64,000 nt of DNA from Ptychomitrium polyphyllum (taxonomy: Eukaryota). Under the pieces are notes generated by a model that was not told the origin of the DNA, made no database searches, and was given only the letters and a program-made list of their open reading frames with translations. The position numbers were made by a program, and so were the translations under genes. This document shows, in pieces, positions 13,993-26,090 of this stretch. Within the stretch, counting starts at the first letter, position 1; each line of letters starts with the position of its first letter. The DNA lies in contig OZ316775.1 of NCBI GenBank assembly GCA_973851085.1, positions 11,408,001-11,472,000 on the forward strand, in the 5' to 3' direction.

Positions 13993-14087
13993 CTGTTTTC
14001 ACATCTCTTTCTGTTTCCACGTTTCTTTCGGCTTCCACGTTTCTTTCTGTTTCCACGTTTCTTTCGGCTTCCACGTTTCTTTCTGTT
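13993..14087. repeat. 18-bp tandem repeat (about 5 units, alternating variants)
   Basis: TTCCACGTTTCTTTCGGC and TTCCACGTTTCTTTCTGT alternate four times, preceded by one degenerate unit. Confidence 0.9.
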
Positions 14088-14811
14088 TTGTTTGTCTTTC
14101 TGTCATGTGGAAGCCATGACTAGGAATGCTAGAATGTGAGCCCAGAGCAGAGAGCAGTGAAGGAGAAAAAAAAGCAAAGAATAACGATTGAAGCGGCGTA
14201 TGGCTGTAGATTTATGGATAGATTTGGAGGAGAGAAGTGTAGTTATAGTTTTGAATATGATTTTAGGATTGTTTAGAAGTAGGCTTCGGCTAGTGGGGGA
14301 GGTCTTCTTTAGAGCATATCGCTAGAAGGGGATGGACTAAATTGTTAAGATATGAAGATTTCAGCAATAAACTTAAGAGATTTTGTAAAGGGAATCAAAG
14401 TTAAGAGAAGAAGCTGGAAAACATGCATAAAACTAATGGTAGTAGTCTTTTATTTCATTACAAATTAAAATTTAAGTCAAAATGAAGAGGAAATATGTGA
14501 ATAAAAATTTATTGTAGCAAGGCATAACCTTCATGTGGTTTAACCATGAAAGTCCCATTTATCAATTAAAAGTCATTGTAATAATTGTAAAGGAGGTCAT
14601 TAAACTTGATGTTAATATTGATGCCTATATTTAGGAATTTAATATTAGTATTTAAATAAGAAAGAAGAAAGTTTTGCCTTTTAACTTAATTATGAATATT
14701 AATAATAAAAAGAAAATTTAGAATAAAAGAATTTGAAAAATACAATGGAAATCAAAAACATTTAAAATTTTAGAAAAAATTGTACAAATTACTTGAGCAA
14801 ACATCAAATTA

Positions 14812-15993
14812 TGTCGCAACTCTTATAATGCACCTTAGCAAGCGTCACGCGCTTCAATCCTTGTAATGCACCTTAGCAAGCATCACGTGCGTCAACCTTG
14901 TATACTCCTACATGCACATACTTAACCCCCATTCTCACTTTCCAAGTCTTTCTACTATTTCTCTTAGGACACCCAATTTATTAGTAGCCAATGGTTAGAT
15001 GCGGACTTCCATTCATGTCCAAGGCCTCCTTGGTGTTACTTCCATTCTCTACGGCCTAACCGCGCTTAGTGGTATCTCCTCACCACCACTTATGATCCCC
15101 ATAAGATCCTAAGATCACCCCGGGCCATCATGATGCTGGGGTGAAGACACCACCCCAACTTAGTGGTAACAAGCGTATCTTTTTAAACGTGCTAGTTTCC
15201 TCCGTAAAACCGGTCGTCCACCGGCTCACAATGGTGTGAGAGTCCCTGTGGTGAAGCCCCAACACTAGCTCCACCAACCGGGACTCACCCTTGGTCTCTA
15301 CCGGGACACTAGAGGAGTGGGGAGGGGGACCAGCCCTCCCCTATAGTACTCTCTGTGGGATTTGGCAGGCCCCCTGGCCCTCTGTAGCTGGCTGAACCCC
15401 GACACACCTAAAGTTTTGGAAGACCACCCGATCTTCCTTGGGACTTAGCCGCTGGAAGCCTCTAGGACTCCCAGCGGACCTTTGGGGAGCCATATCTTCC
15501 TCATCCAGTGCCCGAATGTATCAAGCGACTACTCTATCGTCATTTACTCTTTGCGTAGATGCCGATAGACTCCTCAAACGTCCAATTTGAGTTAGTATTG
15601 TGGGAGATACGCCTCTCCCAAGGTTTGGAACTCCCGGGGAGTTCCTCCCTGGATTGTCCCAGTTCAGTACAGTCACTGTGTAGGGCTGCCACACTCCAGA
15701 ACAGCCCCTTGGCAACCCCAACTTTGAGATGCCATAACTTTTAGCTCCCTTGTCTGATTTGGGCAATCTTTAGCATTCTAGATTCAGCTCTTTGTGATTC
15801 TTCCAATGCCCATGATTTATTCCTTGTGGCCCTTGGTCTACATGGGCAAAGATGTTTCTCCCCCTAGGGGTTTTTCTCACGCTAGGCCCACTCGGTTCCC
15901 CTCACTATCGGCGCCACAAGTCCTGGACGTCATTTCAGAGTCCCTCTTGTATCCTTAGTGTTGCGGGCACTCCTCAAGGAGAGGTGCGCGACA
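14812..15993. mobile_element. Solo LTR of an LTR retrotransposon (1182 bp)
   Basis: Starts TGTCGC (14812) and ends GCGACA (15993), giving TG...CA with 6-bp inverted ends. Flanked by an identical 5-bp TSD, AATTA (14807-14811 and 15994-15998). GC-rich island in very AT-rich flanks; no gag/pol ORF. Confidence 0.85.
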
Positions 15994-18900
15994 AATTAGG
16001 TATAGAATTAGAAAATTATTGTCTTTTGGCTCCTTAAATGTTGCTCAATGCAACATATTCTTACTTGACCACTATTTGTTTACTTTAAAGTGATATGTGA
16101 AGGTAAATTCAACAATTTCCTTGCATACTGTAGTTTTATTGAGGTAAAAAAATAAATGCACTTTGTTATTTGAATAACATCCTTTTCTACCTTATCTTTA
16201 GCTATCTTAATAGCCTTCTTCTATAAAACATTCTTTCTCTTTTACTTTGAAGTTAAAGGCTTTTTTGTTAAGGCCATTGGTACTATAGAAGGAAAAATTT
16301 CTTAAGTTGATTCTTAATGGACATGTAAGACTTTAAAGACTTGTCTACCTATAAATTTGGCAATTCTTTCTTTTGTATAGCTTTCTTACAAAGCAAATGA
16401 TGCTTAATGTATTTAAAAAAGGTTGAAATTACAATTGGAATTAAAAAAATAATAATAAGCCATAGGAAGGAAATAGATTGAATTATATTGAAAGCTAGAA
16501 ACTTGTAAATCATTGTTTTATAGCCATACTAGCCTTGTATGATTCCTCAAATGACTTTTTTTCTTCAGCATACATTTACTCTAGTAAAATAGTAGAATTT
16601 CTTCAAATCAATATGATATAATTTTCAAAGTGATTAAACAAAAAGTTTAATGCAACAATAAAAACACTATTTGTCTTCAATAAATTGTTGAATTCTTTGA
16701 ATGCATTTTTTTCAAATCATAATACCAAGAATTCAAATTTAAAAATCATAAAAATGAAATATTCCAAATTGATAATTATATGGAAATTTTTAATTAATCT
16801 GCATTAGAAATTTAAATACATCAATTAAAAGTAGATTGTGAACAAAATAAAACTTGACCATAAAAATAATACAAATTTGAAAGTTAGATGCAAAGATGAA
16901 ATTGTTTATTGGTTGATGTCTTACATGGTGTTCAAAACAAGGGCTATAATTTTCTTAGAATTAAGAAAAATTGAATTCTACTATTATAGATGCAAGGCAA
17001 TAGATTAGTCAATAATAAAAAATTGAGGAATACATTAATAACATAAATGATTTCATGGCTAGAAATAAAACATATTAAAGATTGTTTCACAATTTGTGTT
17101 AGCAAATTTAAGATGTATCTCATCTTGCCTCATATTAATTATCATATTGTACTATAAAGTAAAAGTTTTTTATAATGTTATAAAATAAATATCTTTGATA
17201 ACCTTTAATAGAAGGTTATTGAATGAATGAAATTACTCAAATTTTTAGATAATATTGGATGTATGAAAGGTGCTCAAATTTGAAGAAGGTTCTTGAATCT
17301 AGGGACGGTTCTTGGATCTATGTTTAAAATCTATACGTCCACGATACAAACTTCTTAAATTCTAAATGTTAGAAAACTAGCCCAAACAATTTAATTAAAA
17401 TAAACATAAACTCAAAAAGTAGTAATGCCAAATTTCAAAATACAACAAACAAAACAGAAGAAAACAGAAAAGCTGAGACTCCAAAACACAAGACTCATAA
17501 AAAGAAACAAAAAAAAAAATAGAACAGGAAGAATGAGAAAAACAAATCGCACCAATAATTAGCCTCCACGTGCGCCCTGGACGCAACAGCAAGGAATCAT
17601 CAACGGATCGCAAAGACTGCTCATCACGTGCCAGCACCATCTCAGCAGCTTCGCTACATTGTCGCCCAGTCTTAGCATTCCCCGAAATCCGACACGGATC
17701 CCTAAAACGATTTCTCCGCGCGGACCGAGATTCGAAGGATTGATATGTACGCAGGCGCAACAGAACGCTGGCAATAGGGCGAGTCACGGGGATAGGCAAG
17801 GCAAGGCAAGGGAAGGAGGGGGCCGTAACGAACTGGCCGTCGCAGGAAGTGAGTGACGACGACGCTCACGCAGAGAGCCCATGGTGTTGCAGCGTCGCTG
17901 CTTTCCTCGGCCTCCGCATCCCCTCTCGTGCCGCCGTTGCCCGTTTCTCCTCTCGCCCAGGGCATCGTTGTCGTTGTCGTCGTCGTCATCGTCGTTGCTT
18001 GCTTACGGCTCTCGCACGGTGTTGCATTTTACCGAGTTTCCAGGGTGCCGCATTCGTACTTCAGTGGTGGCGCTTACTCGGTCTCGCGTGGTCGGGTCGC
18101 GACTTTTGCTTTGGGTTGGGAGGAGGCGCTGGTGGAGGTGAGTGTGCTCTTGTTTTCGTTGTGGGTGGCAGTTTCTTTTTCTGTGGTTTCGTCTCGTGCG
18201 AGGTTTTTGGTGTTGTGTTGAGTTTTTAGGGTTTCGGTTTTAGGTTCGGTTTCGTCGTGGGAGGTTTAGGTGGAGGGTGGTTGGGAAGGGGTTGCGTGAT
18301 CTGTGCGGTTTATTTGTGGCGGAGGAATGTGGCGGGTTTCTGGAGGGGTACTGGGCGTTGTGAAGTTTTTGTTTCTGTAGGTTGAGGTTTTCTTGGCGTT
18401 GTGGTTTTCTGAAGCGAGATTAGGGTTGTTGTGGGGTTTGGATTCGCTGTGTGATTGGTTGGGAGTGGGTAGTAGTTTGTGTGTGCGGAAGCGTGAGAGT
18501 GTGGTTTGTGGACTTTGGACCGGCGTTGTAGAAGTGGACTGTTTTGTTGGATGCAATCTAACTCTTGTGCATTTCCAAACATGTTCTCTGGGATTCGTTT
18601 CTTCCGAGGAATCGCATATTAGACAGGGATGAACTGATCTTGCACTTTGTCCCACGAATCTTCAATTTCTATATTTTTCTTCGGATGTAGTTAACCTAGA
18701 CTTGTGATCTGTTTCTTTTCAAAGTACTACTTGAAAATTTTAGAATGATGGCACCGGCAAACTTCTTGACCTCTCTGCAGCCTTAAGTTTATCGGTATTT
18801 AGCTCTTGGTTTTTTCTGATACGACTCTTGCTCCTTCTCTTCCCATCTAGAAACTCTGCTGTACTTCTGATTCATTGGCACCTGTGAAAAGAAGTATTGC

Positions 18901-19226
18901 GACATAAATGATATTTAAGATTGTGAATTTTAAGATTCAACTTGTATCCTGCTATTGGCGATAGTGCATCTTTTGACCGTTTTCTGTGCCTAAATTTTGA
19001 AACGCATCCTTTAGGGCCGTTTCATCTTTATCTTTGTAGAAAGAAATTTAACATCGCAGTCATCTACTCAGGGGCGGAAGGTATACTCTTGTCAAGAAGC
19101 ACATCAACACCGAAGTCACTGCTCGAGAAACTCTGTATAAGCTTCGTGCCTTTTGGCAGAATTGAGGTCAACACCAACTGGATAGTGTATAGCATGATGA
19201 CCTGAAAGTAGCGGGGATTTGTCAGC

Positions 19227-22200
19227 ATGGATGGAGTAAAGTTCACCCTGGATCTGAGCAGCGGTGGAGCAGCAAAACTTAGAGAATGTGTGAAGGAGAA
19301 GCTGTCTGAATACATCGGAAACTACACGGATGATGTTCTTGTGGTTGGTTTCTTATCACTTTTTACAAAATGACAAGGGTTTCGTGTACTTATCATCAAA
19401 ACCAGTTCGTGTCTAGATATTCACAATATGTTGTCACTGAAAATATTTGGTTCTTGCTTACACATGTTTTAAGCGGGATTAATATATTTAAAGAGTCTGG
19501 TCGCATGAAGATGATATCACTAGGAAGACAGAATTGAAAGAAAAAATTTCGGTTGCGACTTTTATATCGATTTTTTTTTAAGCAAGGTGCTTCTGATTTA
19601 AAGCTGTGGGATGCATCTTTCTAGCGTTTTTATTTTCTTAAGTTATGATCGCTTGATTGGTTTAGGATGTCTGGAGTGTTTTGCCTGTTGATGGAAGATG
19701 GATTTGTACTGAATTGACGCAGAGCCTTTCTTTCAAGTCTGAGTTGGACACTCGGAAGTAGATTTTATATTGTGACCTGCCTGTGAACCCCCTTTTCTCT
19801 CCAGACACTTATGTTTTTTACCTTTGTAACAAAAACTGATGTTGGAGCGGAAATGTGCAGGAGTACGTGGTTGTGCTTGTTGGACACGGAAAGGAGAAAG
19901 CTCAAGCTGTGAAAGATCTTGAAGCTTTCCTTGGCGGAGACAGCGAGTCGTTTGTGACTTGGTATGATCTTTACTCCTGATTTACTTCTTGCGATTATTT
20001 TGATAGCTAGCCTGAAAGTTATTATGTTTGTCTAAGTTTGTTCAGTTTGTAGTTTTGGTTGTGCATCCGAATGAGGTGTTTGCGAGACAAAGCTGTAGGC
20101 GCCAACATCTACAATCACGTTCTTTGTGAAGAGATTTGAACTTTTTCTATCATTTTACTTGCATTGCAATGGTATTGATAGATTCACTATGAAGGAAGAT
20201 TGGAATTTTGGATGGATTTGCAAGTCTCATGCATTTGGATGATGGTGCAGGCTTTGGGACCATATGTCTACCAACAAACAGTCGTATGTCAAGACTGAGG
20301 ATGGCAGGCCGTCTGACGCGGGGTTAGTGGACGTAGATACACAAGCTCAGGTCTCTTTATTCTCTCTTGGTTTTGAGTTTTTACTAAAACGAGTTGGTCT
20401 TGCTTGTTTTCTTTATTGTTCAGTGTCCACTGCTGTAGATTGAGATTGGTCTTATGAGGCTAAAGTTTTGCTTCAAAAAACCTGCTTAGCGACAAGTCCT
20501 TTATTGCTAATGCTGGTCTTTATCATATTTTTCAGTACGCTTCTACTTTCTGTAATGTTGCTCATTAAGTTCTGCTGCTCATAAAAACGAAGTTATCTAA
20601 CATGATTTGCGTGTTTCTGAAGCGTATTGACACTCATATTTGTCTTCTGAATGTAAAGCAGGGTGAACCCAGTCTGAGATCAGTAGTGGCTGTAGTAGAG
20701 CCTGGTGAAGAGACAACGACTCAAATGGAGTTTGAAGAACAAGCTAATGGACCTGGTGCTGTTGGAGCAGTGGAACTAGAAGAAATGAATACTGGTGTGG
20801 AAGTTGACCATTCTTCGAGGAGGAGAGCTCGTCGCCGGGATGGTGCACGTTGCAATGAAGTTAAACGATCACGGTCACCTGAAATATGGACCCGTCGAGG
20901 ACGTGGACGAGCTGATCGGCCTGACATGGTATGTTTATAAAACTGGTCAAATTGGATGTTTGTTGGTGCAGCGTAGCCCGTGCGGGGTAACACGAATCTT
21001 CAGGCATACTCAATTTTCCCTTTCTTAATGCTGTTTTACTATTGAAAAGTCTTAAATGGTTACAAATGTTCACTGCATTTTATAAGCTTTCCTGGTGGTT
21101 GCAGAAAGAGATGTCTCCTCCAGTTGTGAAGGCTTCTCGTCGCCTTCTAATGAATGCAGTGAGGGAGGTTGTGAATGAAAGTGCACTTCTTGCGACCAAG
21201 AAAGACGCTTTGAGGAGGACTGAGTCAGTAAAGCGCCTCCAATCTGTGGTTTCGTCAGATGCTGGTAAAATTCTTATTACAAACTAGTAAGAGATTGAAA
21301 CTTATTTGGAATATTTCATGTAGTAGTTTTTATTCACCCCAGCAATTCTTTACTGGTTCTTTTAAATGATTAATTTGTTTTATAAATCAGTGCACTTTTG
21401 CTGCATCTATAATGTGTTTTTATTATTTCAAATTATAGGATTCCTTAGAATCAAGCTCACCGTAGATTGTTCATTCAGACGTGCAGAGGAATGGAGGAGC
21501 TGACTTCGATATGACTCATGGAGATTCTCCTGTTGGATTGGAACCAGTTGCTATGGAGGAACTTCACGTTAACAGAACCTCTAAGTTTCAAGAGAGGAAA
21601 ACGCAAGACAAACCTTTGTCTGTGTGGGATCGGATCAATTTAAATGATAGAAATAGAGAGAATGCATTTGTTGCCGAAGGCGAATTTTCTGGGGAAGAAG
21701 TAATCCATAACGAGAATAGGGGCAAGTGGAGGAAGAACCTGGCTGCTGTTCATAGAGCAGGATCTGGAAAAGGCAGAGGTGGCAGGGAACAGAGATATAG
21801 AGGAGGTTCACAATACCCTGGGAGGAAAGTGGACGTGAATGGACATTTACTAGGAGATGCATTGCGAAGAGTTAATGTGGAGCAGATGCAGAATGAAGAT
21901 AGTGATTTTAGAAGAAACGGTTTAAATTCTAAAATGCAGGTAGGCCAGCGTCCAGGGAATGAATTCTCACAAGGTAATGGAGAAGCGGGTGAAGACGGCC
22001 AACTAATCAATGAGGTAGGACATCCGAAACAATTCATTTTAGCCTTTGTTAGTGGATATAAAGACGATTTAGTCACATTGTTTAAAAAATTTGTACACGA
22101 ATACCTATGGCCTTGAATCGTTCCACAAGTGGTCGGCTTTTATATGTAGGATGTTTTGGAGATGAAGAAGAGATTGAGGCAAGTACAGCTTGACATGACA

Positions 22201-23615
22201 AAGCTGCGTGCTCGGCAGGCAGAAGTTTCCAAGGAGGTGCAGAGTTCGCCTGCTACTGGTGAGCCGCTCTTCCTAGTTTAGTGTTGGCGATACTTATACT
22301 TTGGGTATGAGACAAAGTGATCAAATGAAAATTTAGGCTTTAGGTACTTTTCTTTTGCCAACTATAATGCTAAGTGTGAATATATTTGTGTATATTATTT
22401 GAGATGCAGGTTCAAGGCCGATACCTTTTGAACCTCAAGCGAGTCAAGAAGACATCAATGATCGGTCTGTCTTTGTTACTAATGTAAGCTCTATCTATCT
22501 ATTGCTACTTTGTTGGAGTCTCAAACGGTACTTTGTTCAATGTAATATTTGATATTTAATTCAAATATTAGGTGTTCCGCGCTTAGACTAAACACTAGAA
22601 AAAGACTGTTCATGATGAATCTATTCGAGTCCTCACTGGGGTTTATGTCATTATTCTTGATATGTTGGCAGGTCCATTTTGCTGCAACAGAAGCAGCTTT
22701 GAGAGTTCACTTTGGTCGATGTGGAAACATAAAGCGAGTGACGCTATTGGCGGAGTTGGCTACTGGAAAGCCCAAGGGGTTAGTGGAACTCAACATCTTT
22801 ATTGTAGCACTATATTTTTCAGCTTTAGATTTGCAGTCTGAGTTTTTTTATTCTTTTCTGGATGGTCAAGGTTTTGCTTAAAGCTTTTCCTGTACTGCTG
22901 TTGAGTGCCCTACGAGCCTATTAGACCTCTCATAGTTGAAGAGACTTTCATTTTGACAGGTCTGCTTATGTAGAGTTTTCTACAAAGGATGCGGTGGAGA
23001 ATGCTTTAGCCTTGAACGATACAGCACTACTTTCTCGTAATCTTAAGGTATCGTAATCTCATAATCTTATACCTTTGTTGTTACATGTCTTCTTGACAAT
23101 GATGTTTGATTGGCCCCTTTGTCACATCATTCAGACCCTGCCCAATTTTCTCAAATTCCTTAGCATCTTTGATACAACTAGATTTTTTATGTTGATACCT
23201 TAAATGCCTGAAATGTTTTACGTTATTACATCTCTCATCCTTATTTTTGTCTGAGCAGGTCATGCGCAAGAATTCCGCAATTGCAGAGATGAATCCTATT
23301 CCAGTTCTTTCCAGTTCATTCCCTCAGCCACTATTCTCAAGAGGCTATCCAAGAGAGCATATTCCACCGCAAAACCTTTATCCTGCTAGGCGACCGATTG
23401 GTCTGCCAGTGCCTCAAATGGGAACATCAAATTTGAAATGGAAGCGTGATGCATCAACACCAACTGCAACCTCCACTGCAGTTCCTCCTTCTGTGGATGT
23501 GGAGATGATGCACACTGGCCCTGTGCGATTTTCCCGATCTTTATCTTATGTTCGAGTGGCCCCTTATCCAACACAAGGTACCGCCGGTGAAGCGCAGAAG
23601 ACACAGGCCACTTAG
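19227..23615 (+). CDS. PWI-like plus RRM domain RNA-binding protein (multi-exon)
   Basis: N-terminus MDGVKFTL...LRECVKEKLSEYIGNYTDDVLV|EYVVVLVGHGKEKAQAVKDLEAFLGGDSESFVTW|LWDH is PWI-like. C-terminal RRM: RSVFVTN|VHFAATEAALRVHFGRCGNIKRVTLL...GKPKG|SAYVEF...ALALNDTALLSRNLK|VMRK. GC-rich 5'UTR exon near 17850-18140. Confidence 0.85.
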
Positions 23616-25850
23616 AATTCATGGGTTTCATATTTGACCTCAAGGATCTTGTCAATCTTAGAAAATTGTAAAGAGTGTTCTTGTAGTGGCTTTCCCAAGT
23701 AGACAAGTACGAAACCATTTACTTTTAGATGTATTAAGTAGAAACGTTTTTAGCCTTCATTTTCCCCTCTGAGATCAGCTCCAAATGTGCGCTATATGCA
23801 ATTTTCAATGTTGAGTTGTACTTGGAGCTTGTAGACTGAACCATACTTATCCTCAGGGACCTGTAGCGAGGTAAAACAAATTAGATGTTCTTATATTTGA
23901 AGGTTACAGTAACTAAATGATGTAGCTAAGGCTGCTGAACAGGAATGAGTGATTCAAGAAGGGACACTGATTATGCTACTTGATTGCACCTCTAACCTTC
24001 ATGACTCTTACAATGCTTCGTTAATTTTAGGTGTCTTTCGGATACTGGTGAGTGTTATTTAAATGACGTTGTTATTCTGACGCAATTGGACTACGGACTA
24101 ATTGACCAAAGGATATGCTTGTCTTCTCACCATTCTTTCATTCGAGTTGCCAACATGGCATGAGATGTAGCCATGTTTACTAGTCATGATTTTGTAGTAT
24201 AACCCAGTTTAGGTTGGTGGTAAGCATTGCCCTAATAGATCTCTCTCACAGCAATTCATTTCACTGTGAAAGATTCTTTTGGAGATAAATATATGAAATT
24301 TTTGGTCGAGAAAAGTTTGCATTGAATTTTGTTCAGAATTAGCCTAGGAAAAATGAGGTCATATATTTAAGCAATAAGAACATTTCAATGTTTTTTATAC
24401 AGTTAAAAAAAATTGACGAAGTTTCTAAAATATAACAATGTAAAAGAAAATATGGCAATATATAAGTAGATGGGGAATGAAACATCATAGAATTCAAATG
24501 AAAATAAATTCCAAGTCAAAGCCTTGATATTTCAATATGTGAAATCAAACATGCTTCTCCATGATGTATTAATGCTTTTTGTTTGATAAATTCAACATAA
24601 ATTAAACTTCATTCAATGACAAGTGGTCATAAGTGGTCATATAACGTTGAAGTTATTAATAGCCTTATTTAGAATCTTCATATCCTAAAAATAAAAACTA
24701 AGAAATCAATGAAATTATATTCTAAATTATACTTTAGAATATACTTGCATTATACTTGCATGTACCAATCACCAAAATGATGCTGGAACTGGAAACTCGA
24801 TTAATCAAATAATATTTCCCTTCAATTATCTATGTAACACCTCATCATACTTCCTACCACACCTAAATAACTTCTATTGAAATTTGCTGAGTTGTTAAAT
24901 TCAAACAATATGGGACTTCTTACAAATACAATGTCACCCAGCTCTCCACTTCACACCCACCAAGCCTTACCACTCTCCTTACCACTAAGTAATGGATGCA
25001 AAAATATTGATGATAGTGGCCGCTTTTTGCCCATTCTACTTCAGTCAGACTTCAAAATCCAACAAGACTTGAATGTACGATTCACACCCCATACATATAT
25101 AGTTTACTGTAATGGAAAATTCCATACCCACTGCTCACAATCTGACTTCTTACAACTCATGAACAACTGTGAATGCCTGATTTCCTGCTGCCAAACAACT
25201 GGCTATCCAGCTTAGCTGTGGCCACACATGAAGCCAACCGGAGTATTTGACAAAGCATCCACTTAACCAAAAGATTGCTACTTGACATGTCCCACTCCAC
25301 TCATATCACAAAGCACTACAATATAGATTCTGGACTACCTGAACTGTACTGCCGTCTCATACTGAACTGCAGCAGGTCTAAACCTGACTCCAGTTTACCT
25401 CAACTCAAGCACACTGTACCACAAAACTCATACGTTTAGCAACCTCACAGGAGCGTACACCCACCCGGAGTCACATGATTGAGTCCTACTGGTGATGAAT
25501 GCAACGAAAACTTAACATGTTTGGAGATGCAAAATGATTGACGTGACAGCCATATGATGGTCTGCGGATTGTCATGAAGCCACGGCGAAACTGTAGCGGA
25601 AGTCACGGTGATGGAGATGAGCCACGCCATGAGCAGTTGCTGCGCAGAGTCACCTGACGTTGATTATTCCTTGGAGATTAGCTGCAACAGACGGCGAGAT
25701 TGGCAGAGACTGAGCGTAAACTTGTGGCTAGGCGACTGATCATCTTCAAAACGTGCACAAAACGGACCTCAGGAAGACACTTCTGAAGACCATCTTGCAC
25801 TGTGCACCGGTGGTTGACCATGACTCCACCGGCTATGCGCTGCACATGCT

Positions 25851-25913
25851 AGGGCAGGGCAGAGCAGGGCAGGGCAGGGCAGGGCAGAGCAGGCAGGGCA
25901 GGGCAGGGCAGGG
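25851..25913 (+). repeat. (AGGGC)n pentamer microsatellite upstream of the AXS gene
   Basis: agggcagggcagagcagggcagggcagggcagggcagagcaggcagggcagggcagggcaggg. Confidence 0.9.
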
Positions 25914-26090
25914 TAGGAACGGTGTATCCAATTTGGAGTGCAACCATCGAAGCTTGTAAGCACAGCTCTGCAATTGGCTCCATGCTCAGCCTCAGCTCTG
26001 GGTGACATTTCAGTCTCGTGATCTGCATCACAGTGGGTCACTTTGTTTCTGAGCTTTTGGGGTTGTAGTTGTTGTGAGAAGAGGAGGGAG

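Noticed and set aside
15521..16037. ORFs inside the LTR as gag/pol or viral genes
   Set aside because: Short, with no RT, integrase, gag or RdRp motifs.
17395..18655. Multiple overlapping ORFs
   Set aside because: Low-complexity GC-rich promoter/5'UTR and T-rich intron of the PWI-RRM gene.
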